Shown here: in pieces, positions 25,799-36,549 of the stretch
How the letters are laid out: each line of letters starts with the position of its first letter
Numbering within the stretch: position 1 is the first letter of the stretch
NCBI RefSeq assembly: GCF_006345805.1
Contig: NW_021832590.1
Location: forward strand, 62,001-126,000
From: Octopus sinensis
Taxonomy: Eukaryota
Length of the DNA: 64,000 nucleotides
Reading direction: 5' to 3'
Program-made: the position numbers and the translations under genes
Notes under the pieces: model-generated
What the model was told of the DNA's origin: nothing
Seen by the model: the letters and a program-made list of their open reading frames with translations, nothing else
Databases searched by the model: none

Positions 25799-26159
25799 AC
25801 AATTATGATTAGGCTGCCTTGATGTACAACATTGGGTGGAACGAGAGCTTACAAAATACTAGTTTCTGGAATGTGTGTTTAGCTCTGTCCAATTATTCAT
25901 TAATTTTCAAGTCCCCCATCAACCTTCATTGTTTTAATGGATTACTGTGTTGTACAGTCGAGAAACTTTATATATTTTTCTGGTTTTCACTGTGAAGATG
26001 GGACTTTTAACGTAGTCTCTCTTAATCTCATTATATCACTTTTTGAGCAATTCCTTGGTATTTATTCGAGGTGGTTATTCCTTAGTTCATTCCTTTCGCA
26101 TGCATTTTACAGTAGCATGAAAGCAGGGTTTATGAATTGCTATCCATATGGCCATACGG

Positions 26160-26213
26160 CTGTTTGTGCCGGGTTTGCTAAGCTACGCAAGCTTGGGGGT
26201 TAATAATAATAAA
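26160..26213 (+). mobile_element. Retroelement 3' tail matching the tail of SINE copy 1
   Basis: CTGTTTGTGCCGGGTTTGC-TAAGCTAC-GCAAGCTTGGGGGTTAATAATAAT versus reverse complement of 1053-1096. Confidence 0.7.
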
Positions 26214-26269
26214 ATTTTTTGATGCCGAGTACAAATTATATCTCAGGCTTTAGAAAAAAGAAAGGAAAT

Positions 26270-26560
26270 TTGTACCTTTAAGTCTGAAGGGGCAAAAGAG
26301 TTTGCCAGGAACTGTCTTCGCAAGGCTTATGAAATAAACAAATCTGGGACCGTAGTTATAATTGACAATGCCCCATGCCATTCACGACTAAAAGAAATCT
26401 TTCGTAAAAAGAGTTCACAATGGATTGAATTCTTCGATTGGCGCCATATTCTCCTATGCTCAATCCTATTGAAAATGCATGTTCAATTTTAAAGGCAGGA
26501 GTGAAAAAAGATTTATCAGCTCATCTTCCATCCATTTCAGAAAATAATCAAACGTACTTA
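26270..26560 (+). mobile_element. Tc1/IS630 transposase remnant
   Basis: VVIIDNAPCHSRL and LAPYSPMLNPIEN motifs. Confidence 0.7.
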
Positions 26561-26699
26561 ACTCATTTTTCTCTAATTTTATACGTGGTCAATAAGTTTT
26601 GAGGTTAAAAATTGAGGTTACCAATTATATATAATTGAACTTGCGAATTATAAAATTAAAGTTGTTTTGGTATAGTTTCTGTCTTTGTAATTGTACTAG

Positions 26700-27300
26700 A
26701 CTATAAATTGGATGCCAGTCTCTTTGAGAATATAATTTTGACGGGAAATGTTGTGTTGGATATTTGCAACTCCAATCCACGTCTGCAAGTATTTTACCCT
26801 AATACAGCGAAATTAGACTTCCGCCCTGTCGTTGGGTGCAATATTGAAAGAAGTTGTCACAATGTGGCAATTTCTAGTGTTTTGGGGGTTCCTCACTTCA
26901 TTAGACGTCTTCAGTTGGAAAGATTTTGTTGATTGTCCTCCAGGGACTGCAGACCTATGACGTGAAGTCCCAGGAAAGTAACAAATTGACGGATGCCGAT
27001 TTTCCCGAAGATAAGTGCTCTATTCATTCAAATTGGTGTTTTATAGAAGAAATGATTATAGTATTTCCCATTGGCTGTGAGTCAGCTGACGAAGGGATGT
27101 GAACTGTTGGTGTATTCTGGATGTCTCGATGTGCTTGCTCTCTTTCGTCTGTCGGTATCCCATTTGCTGGGTGAGCAGAAATTAGCACATGTTAATTTTG
27201 TTAGAAGCCTTGTCGACTTTGATTGTGGGTTTATCCCATTTATAAGTATCCTGATGAAATTGGTGCATTCATTTGGACTTAGCAGGGAATTACGTTAATT
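26700..27300 (-). mobile_element. Degraded Penelope-like (GIY-YIG) element, tentative
   Basis: Broken peptide QFTSLRQLTHSQWEIL...RHPSICYF...NYI.KETG resembles the Neptune-type linker and GIY region. Confidence 0.4.
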
Positions 27301-27612
27301 CTCTGAAAGATGATCAATGATTAGAATATTAAGAAATGTTCTATATAAAATTAAAATTTTTCAAGGTAAAATGTAGCCAGTTGCTTTGCGTATTCCTAAA
27401 ATAGATTCAAAATACTACTTCCCAAATAATTATATCACATAAAAAAATAAGTTGATAATTAACTAACTACAATAAAAACAGCTGTCAAACAAATTCAAAA
27501 TAAACAAAATAATCGTATTTTTATGAAAGTTGCAAACTAGAAACCCGTGAGATTATATTTAAATAATTAAAAATTAATTAAACTTCTAGAACAGGCTGTT
27601 CTAATTGACCGA

Positions 27613-28633
27613 TTAAAATGCAATTTTTTCCGTCTCATCCAGTACACACAAACTAATTATATTAAAGTATATTCGATTACTCCTTATTAGAATGTAGATT
27701 AAGACCATAAAAAAAGTAGCCATTCTTCCATATAGGTAGATTTCTATAATTTTAATAAATAAATAAACGATGCAAGTCAATTTCGTCACTTTCAAACCAA
27801 TATTCTCCGTTTCTTTCCACATAGCTTTCAATCTTATATATTTCTTTATGCCCATATGATAAATCAAATGTCAGAGTTAAATTTGTAGTGTTTACGTTTG
27901 AATTCCATTCCTGTATCGAAGCAAATTCTAAAAATGAATTTACTTTGCAACTGTTTTCAAAATTTGTACAAAGATTATATTCATCCATGCAAATATGACC
28001 AGAGGTGAAATTATCTGATTTTGTTTTTATAAAGAAATGGAAGAAATTGTTGTAATAGTAAATAGTTTTAATACTTATGAAAATATTGTCGAAATCTATT
28101 TTCAATTGTTAACAAATTACCAAAAAATATCTGTTGCTCTTCAGATTTCATCCAATACCTGAAGAAGTAGTGATTATGACTTAAGTTATAACTTGTATTT
28201 ACATGAATAAGATTATAACTATCGTCATCTCTCATCTTTTTGCTATGGAGTACAAAAAATTAATACTTCTATAGTTTCGGTCAAGTTTTGTCCAGATTTA
28301 TTTCTATAAAATTCAACAGTATTCAAATTAATTGTCTTAGTAAAAATTCCTTGTGGCAAGGCTATACTATATTTTCCAAATCTCAAACCCTGGTACCAAA
28401 TGTCATATTCTATATCTTCGCAATTCAATCTATATGCATTATATCGATCAACCATAAATGCCTGATTTAATTCTAGAAATCTTTAAAAAATTCTTACCAG
28501 TCAAATTTAGACATTCTGGGTCGTCAACAAGCGTCCCATTTACCAAAAAAATTAATTCTAAAAACAAATTAAAAATCATTGAAACATTACCTTTGCTTAT
28601 TACAGTCGACAACAATAACAGTAAAACAAGCAT
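27613..28633 (-). CDS. Orphan signal-peptide, N-glycosylation-rich, C-terminal TM protein (~6 exons; one junction out of frame by 1 nt)
   Basis: MLVLLLLLSTVISK signal; several 24-33 nt GT-AG introns join the ORF pieces; many NxS/T sites; TM-like MATFFMVLIYILI; junction near 28245-28270 does not keep frame. Confidence 0.5.
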
Positions 28634-28989
28634 TCAAACTATCGAAGGAGAAAATGCCTTATAAGTGTTTTTAATATACTTTCTGGATACAAAGAAGTCA
28701 ATTTTAGATATCAAATATCATAGAAATAAGAAATAACTTATTGCTTTTTTGATAATATTTTATAACTTTTAGATTATGATTAAAACATGAAACTTTTCAT
28801 TAATTATACTAAAATTTTTAATTTTTTTACAAAAGTTGTATTTTTTCAAAAATATGTTTAGGTCAATTGGTTTTTATGACTAAAAAATTATTTATTCATT
28901 TGAATATTTAAGTAATTTTATTCAACGTGTTTTTTGTTATTTGATTGTAATGATTAATCGCAAATGGATTGATTCTTATGTCTAATATG

Positions 28990-29690
28990 TATTTACCAAA
29001 TATACTGGATCTGAAAACTTCGACAAAGCGCAGTGCATGATATGCGACGTCATAATGGGAAACAACTCTTTGAAGCCGTTAGAATTAAAAAGACATAAGG
29101 AAACAAATCACCCACAAAATGTTTTTGCTGTCGAAAGTTTTATTACAAAGAGAACTAAATATTATAAATCTGAAAAACTTAGCAATTTTGGATTTAGACC
29201 AATAGATAAACCATATCTGCTAGCTTCATACGAGGTATTAATAATTGAAGCATTTATTTTAGATGTCCTTAATTATTGCCAAAAACAAAGTTGCTCTTTC
29301 TTCTGAAGAAAATTTAATAAAACCCGCCGCATTGACAATGGTAAGAATATTGCTCGATAAAGATGTCGTTTAAAAATTTATCTTTATTTAAAGACACGAT
29401 TACGAATCGAATACGAGACATGTCTTGTAATGTTTTGGAACAACTTGTTATGAAAATAAACTGCAGCCCATGCAGAATTAGTATACAATTGAATGAATCT
29501 GCCGATATAAAATCTATAAATCAGTTGGTTTCATTTGTTCGTTTTGTTAAGGACTCTATTCATGACGAGTTTTTATTTTGTTTGGAATTAACTGCAAGAA
29601 CAACAGCGAATGATATTTTTAATGTTTTCTGGCTTCTTACGTGACAATTGTATTCACTGGGATAAAGTTGGATCTATTTGTACGCACAAG
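28990..29690 (+). mobile_element. hAT (ZBED5/Buster-like) transposase remnant
   Basis: CVICDVIMGNNSLKPLELKRH; SIQLNESAD...QLVSFVRFV...EFLFC. Confidence 0.8.
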
Positions 29691-30210
29691 GAACCGGAAG
29701 TCTTAACTGCGAATGGAAGGAATTGGAACTTCTCCGTAAGTGAGGAGTACTTCCGCATCTTTTTGCATTCCGCGGTTGTGGCAATAGATCCAGGGGCGGA
29801 TGCGGACATCAGCAGATTCTGAAGCGAGAAAAAGTCCACGCACGTGGCTTCCCCCTGTTGAAGGGAAACACAGTGATCCCGTCAGGCCTTTTTTTGTCTC
29901 TCCGATCGATCCCAGTGGGTTCAAGCAGGAAAAGGATTCCGGCGACTTCCAGGGCTCTCCTGATAAGGTCGTTAAGAGCTGCGGGATACGGCCAGCACTG
30001 CGTCTACACGATAAAGCGTGCAGTCCAAAGCGACAGATTTTTGCGCCACAGCGGCAGACATGTGGCTCGCATAGGCGAAGACCGAGACGTAAACAAATTC
30101 CAGTCCGTACGGACTCACTGTCCAGAAGGTTCCTAATACTCGGCAGTGGAGTGGCATTTAGGCAGGCTCCGCTGTGAGGGCGACATGCCGTCTCAAAGCA
30201 GGTCAAGCGG
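29690..30210 (-). mobile_element. CRE-clade (RLE-type) retrotransposon 3' fragment
   Basis: CRCG...HALSC zinc motif, RPDGITVFPF, APGSIATTAECKKMRKY...FAVKTSG. Confidence 0.8.
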
Positions 30211-30751
30211 TGTTGGTCGAAAGATTTACGTAAAGATTGGATGCGGGATTGACAATTTAGATTCTAATTTTTGTAATCATAAATGCTAGTTTTTGTGATT
30301 TTGTAGAGCTAAATTTTTTTAAGTGGTAGGACTTGCCCTAAGTATCACATAACTCATCACAGGAAAGTGTGGTTTTGCCTATCTGTTTCTTGTTGTAAAT
30401 CCTTATAAAGTGCTCTTTACCGATTCTGCTGCATTTAGTCGCTCTGTAAAAAGATTTAGTTTAAAAAAGGAAAAGTGCGGTGATGTTCAGTTTATTTAGT
30501 CTTTGTATTCGAATCAAACTTTATAAATTGAAGAATATTTTGTGATTGCCGTTAAAACACGAAAAACTTTACAATAATTTCCCACTAATGAATCCAAATA
30601 GGATGTTTCGGGCTCTACATCTCAAGATTCACCTATTAATAAAGAATATTAACCAAACCGACCAAATGTATACCCAAATAAGTTAACAGACTACATAAAA
30701 TAAAAATGTTATTATTAAAAGAATCACTGAGTGTCCATATAGATCTAAAAA

Positions 30752-33061
30752 TTAAAAACCAGTGAGTGCCTTGAGGTTATTCTTACAGTGAATAAACAGA
30801 CGATTATAAACAGCTGTATTATCATTCTCCGTGGAAAGAAGCAACTCCATCCGTCTGAATGCACCCCCCGTAATAAGCATGGGCACATATTTCCTCACTT
30901 CCGTAAACAAAGAATAGAAAACCATGGTAAGTAGACAAATTAGCACAGGCCCACAACGCCCATAAACATATTCTATAATCAAACTGAGGATTGAGAAGTC
31001 TTATAATCGGAACAAGCGACCTCATAAATAAACAAGTACAAACCTGTAATTAATGTGTCTGACTGTATTGACAGGCCACGACATGACAAGCCCACCCACA
31101 TAACTCAGAATCCTCTCAATCGAAGACTGTCCATCGACCGGAGGGGGGAGAACATAGTTCTGGATATCCTTGTCACTCATCAAATTGCACAAAACTCCAC
31201 ATGCATTGTACTTGGTTTCAAAACAGGACTCCATTGTATTCAAGTATTCACTACAAATATGCCAATCAAGTACTAGAGAGCAGCCACTATGCCTGACATG
31301 CCTATTCTACGTCGCACTGAGGGCACTTCGGATATATTCCCCAATGTCCCCACAACACCACGAATGACTGGCCCACGTGACTTTTCTAGACATTGAATGG
31401 CAAGCTCCAGTCCACTCCCCTCGACAATAGCCAGGACATTTCCTTCACACTCATCTGTCCACTCACTCGACAAGAAAACCCGATATATTCCACAGAAACC
31501 CCCACCACGGCTCTACCGAATAAGAAGGCGGGTTTTCAATATTGTTAAGGGCATTCATTATATTCCCGAGAGCCAACTGTGAATAATATTGGCCGACTAC
31601 CTCAATACAACCAGAAGTGCCCATCAATTCTTTAAGCAGAAAAGTGCAGTCACAAACGGAGACGTTCATAACATGACATAGACAATCGAATGTTAGTGAG
31701 AGTGGATCAATGTGCATCATGGACGACATGATCACACTCAACATCCCACATATTCCCGGCATCTACAACAATCACTCCTAGCACATACCCCAGTCCGCCA
31801 GGGCTCAATTTTAAGCAGAATATGACAAAATATGGCCATAAAGTGCTTGTTTTTGATATTGCATTCTGCCACTGGCACAATCGTGGAGAATATAGCCCTA
31901 CCATGCTAATACACAACACACCATTTCACTTCCTCTGGCAGTAGCTGGGTCGACGCACACGTATTGAGGACCCTCCTATAAATAAGAACCAAACAAAACA
32001 GCAAAGGAAGAACAAATAAATCCTGGTTTTTTAACAATCTAAGCACAAACTAGGTCATCAACAAATCAACCAAACCCCGATTACTGCAGAATTGTCGGCG
32101 GGACTTAAAATATGGAATGTCGATTTGAACATTTCGAGGGCATTGATGAGAAGATTGGGTTTGTCCTCCAAATAAAACAGTGCCGCCACAACATTCTCCA
32201 CCCTCCTTGTCCCCCCAATCTTGTCAGCACACAGCAGGGAATAGTCCGGGATATTCTCACACAAAAAGAGATTCACAAACTTTAAAGGTTTTGCCCTCAA
32301 TTCTCTACTTTTATGGACAAATTTGTACTTTGTGAGCACATTTTGATCAATCGAATAACCAGAAATGTCGAGGGATTCCAACTTTGGTAGTATTCTGAAA
32401 ATAGCAGAACAGTCAAGCTTGATTTGTTCTTCAAAACGACTTGTGGTTAGTCCAAAGTGCCAGAAATATTACATTTTCAGTACCTGACTTTTCCTAGCTT
32501 CACAATATTCGTCAAATCAAGAAAAATGTCGTGGAAATCCACAATTTCTAGATCGGGGAGTTCCTGGAGAAAAAAGACGTCCCTCGATTCCAATTGTCCC
32601 ATAAGAACCAGATGTCTAACTTTGCTGAACATAGCCAAAATGAGGTCCACGGTGGGGACCCAATCTGGGACTGAGAGAAGAGTAAGTGATGTGACACTGG
32701 TCGACAAAATGGGGACATTTGACAGTTCGTTTGTGAACAAAATTTGTTTCAATTTAATAGCAGAGAGAAGAGGACAGTTCATACAGGTGAGGATGAGTTG
32801 GAGAGACGTGACTGGCTGGGATAATAATGAGAGAGATGTTAAATGGCGGGCTTCCATGTTGGGGAAATTGGGGAAGATTTGTTGTAGTGAAGGTGGGGCA
32901 GTTCTTTCGTAGGATCTGTAAAGAAGGTGGATTTTATGCATGATGAGTGAATAGGTTTTTGGGTTGAGGTGTAAAAATAGATCTTTTGAAAGTGATTTGT
33001 AATTATCTTTTATATATTTTATGCATATGTCGTATAGTTTAGGAGTGATTGCATCAAACAT
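30752..33061 (-). CDS. ZER1: Protein zer-1 homolog (ZYG-11 family CUL2 substrate receptor; LRR + ARM), intact, about 9 exons
   Basis: WGFLWNISDE, GTLGNISEV, YNACGVLCNLM, INYRSLVPIIRLL, LWALWACANL; manual splicing of 23-44 nt introns gave an open frame to TAA at 30752. Confidence 0.88.
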
Positions 33062-34215
33062 TCCAATACTCTAATTCCACCAAGACATGAATTAATCACT
33101 TTTATTAAATAATATTAAATAAACAAATTAACCAAAATAAATAAAATTTATTGTTTAATAGGATAGTTAATTCAATGATATTATCATATTGGAATGTTCT
33201 TGGAATCGCCTAATATGTCGACAAATTTAATAATATTAAAAAAATCGTTGGGGACTGATAAGGTCAGTTTTGATAAAGATCCTCAAAATCATATCTGAAA
33301 AGTTTCAATAACTCGAATAATTAGATTTAATGACCTAAAAATGAATACACAACTAATCAAGTAAACATTAAGGAGTCAAATACCGTAAGATTATATCTTA
33401 TTAAGCAGTGACATGACTACTAAGATTGATCGTACCAAAATGCTTTCTGTTCACTCCTCGAGAGAATCAACTATTCAGAGGAACTTCCGGCTATAAATTG
33501 GCTTAGTGTGACGTGTGCGGTCACATCAATCCTGACTGTTACTGACATAAATACTACATTTAGGCTTACAACTACTCCCCAGGTAAATGTCTTTGGTACT
33601 GAGAACCGTTTTTAATTCTTCTCGGTCAAATTCAGCCTCAAAATCAATTTTAATACACCGAGAAATGTAATTTTTGTTGATTTGATTAGTTGGTTCTTCA
33701 TTCAAAATGAAGTCGGTTAGCACCACTCCAATAAAGAAATCCAAGACTCCCACACCAGCCAAGAGCCCGGGGTAAAAAAGATGACTTTGCCAATAAATCA
33801 GTGTACGTGGACTTTACTAGCAAAAGCCAGAGTTTTGTTTATTTGGTTATATTAGATTTATTAGTGACTGAAACAGAGCTTTCATTATTTACCTGTCAAG
33901 ATCACATTTTACAACCTATATTCGGTTATTTATAAATTAATCAGAAAGTTGGAAGTATATTTTGATGATATTTCTCACAATAAATAATTGTTATTATTTA
34001 CCAAATTGTTAGTAGAAATAAACGTCGGCAAATAAACTTTTCCAAGTGAGAGGAGTCCTCTAACTATAGTCGTTGGTGTGCTCCATAGACGCAGCAGTCG
34101 CTTGATGAAGTATAAACTTTTTCTCTTGTTAGGTCATTAATAGTCTTATTAATAAAAGTTATGTTTTGTTGGTTTTTGATAATTTGTAGTTCAGTGCTTA
34201 TTGTGAAATATAAAT

Positions 34216-35574
34216 TGTCACCGTCCAGATAGGTCGGGGCGCCAGATCGGTTATGTATAAAATTTTTAATAAAAACTACCTTCGAAAGTTATTTTCTTTT
34301 TCTGTTCATTCTTTTGTTGATTTTAATATTATTTTTGCCAAAATATTGAAGTTACTGAATTCATAAAAACCAACATCCAGTCATTTCCAGATAATTACCG
34401 TATTGATTTTGCATTTTATTTAAAAACGCTTTAACCAAGGTTAGCCAAACAATTCTCAACAATAAAGTTTATTAGAAAAATCCATTTTTAATTTTTAAAA
34501 ATGTTGTAAATTTCTATTTTCATCATTAAAACTCTAAAATACAATCCGGCCTACGGCCGGATGATTCAATGTGAATATTTTTCCCTATGCGGCCTTCGGC
34601 CGCGTCGAATTTGTAACAATGGCACAATTATTTCACAATTATTTCACAATTAAGTAAATATGACACGATAAAAAACACAGAACGAACCCCATGAATATTT
34701 GCAGTTAAAGTTTTTTTACTCTGCTAATATGTATACTTTGATCTTTTTCATCCTCTTCATAATACAAAACATATCATCTAGGATTCCGCGGATCTCCTTA
34801 GCTGATTTGGTAAAAGCACATTTTACCATAGCAAATTTTGAAAAGGAATCCAATAAAACAAGAATCTGTTATTTAGATTACTAAATTACCCAGGAATAAT
34901 TTTCATTTCGGGTCGAATAGCGTCTTAAATCGATAAGATCTACAATGTATGATAAGATCTTGGGGAAGAAGCAATAATAGGCGTTATTGCTGGTTTAGTC
35001 GCAAGCAATCGTTTCGACTAGAATTAATAAAATTGGTAATTTACCTGACAATAAACACATTGAGATACCACAGATGCCACATCAGTACTACGTCTGGCAC
35101 CACAAATGGTGAGTGTCAATAAACTGTACAATTTATCACGTCCAAAGTGATTAAGATTGTGTTGAGCCTAATTTAAATAAACAAATACACTACTTCAATG
35201 AATTTTAACTTAATTTCAGTGTCTTCGATACAAAAAAAACGCAACTTTGAGCCATTTTTAAAAATGTAGGTGTTGTTCTCCTTGAAACTAAATTTTTTGG
35301 CATATCTCCGTATTCGTGCCTTTTCTTCCGAACTCAAGGAATCATCAAGGTGGCCTGATTCCAAATACTCCCTAATTTTTTCGAGGGTGTCTCGAGTTAA
35401 TTCAACTAAAACCATTGATTAATGCTAATCTTTTCAACTTTTTTATAAATAAGATTTTATTTTTTTATTATCAATATTTTTTTGCAATGAAATGTTTTGT
35501 AGGAAAAATATTTGTTTTGTATTTAGATAATTGACCTGACCGATCTGGCGCCCCGGCCGGTCTGGACGGTGACA
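34216..35574 (-). mobile_element. Second Ginger-type element (3' internal deletion) with three micro-introns
   Basis: 36-bp TIR TGTCACCGTCCAGA...GGGGCGCCAGATCGGT (3 mismatches), 5-bp TSD TAAAT; HFGRDK...CVYCQ finger, YIVDLIDL, LDSFSKFA; introns 35168-35193, 35018-35044, 34866-34889. Confidence 0.88.
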
Positions 35575-36549
35575 TAAATTATTGAGAGGTATTAAATTTG
35601 CCAATATATTGTACATCTTGATGCTAACAACTACGGGCTGAGCTACTTGATTTCTAATTTGGACATTTTATCAAAAATAAAAAGATGCTTGTTGCCAAAC
35701 TTACATTTGATTGCCCGCTGAAGTTACTTTGTTAAAGTATTAAGATTGATTTTACAAGTTTTTACAAATCTATAAACTTGTCATTAAGTGTGTAAACTTA
35801 CTGACTATAATCTTATTTTTGACAATCGGCTAGAAGCTAGAACGAATTAAGTAGCAAGGAGCCAATAGGCAATCCACAACTAAGTGGATTGTCCCATTAT
35901 TGTCCTCACTTTCATAGAAAAAGGACTTTCCTTAAAAAATAATCCAACCCTTTCAGGAGTACTCCAGCACTCGGAGACTAAATCTCCACCTACTCTACAC
36001 CATTGAGGAACTCTACGAGACAAGTGTCAACCGAGTCTTAGAGTCTGGAAGGAGACTATGGACAAGGCTCAAAAACGATTCCGACACCGTCAAAAATGTA
36101 AAAATTAACAGGAAATGACAAGGAATCCTTAACACAAAAATACAATTTTATTTCACATTTCAGTATCAAATCGACATGTGTCGTGTCATTATTGATAGAT
36201 TGTCCTCTTCTAATATAGCGATTAACTTTGACGAGATCTACCATATAATTCAAACCGAATATGATGTATATTAATATTAACATTCCTAAGCTACCTATTG
36301 AAGAAGAGACTGTATATAGTTACCGGGTACTTTAGTCATATGAGGTTGTCGTTCTGTGATATTCTTAGGCTGAGGACGAGGGCAAGGTTCGTTGGATAAG
36401 GGAGACGTCGTTACGCTGTGTAAGCTATTCGACAACACCAATTTCAGAATGGAAACTAGGAATGTCAAAATTCCTTATTCATATGATTTGCTGTGACCGC
36501 ACATCACGTTTTAAAGAATTTGCAGTTGATGGAGGTGTGGTGGCGGCAT

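Noticed and set aside
33526-33762. 78-aa ORF (and 36056-36283) as genes
   Set aside because: No motif, no convincing start or splice partners; left unannotated
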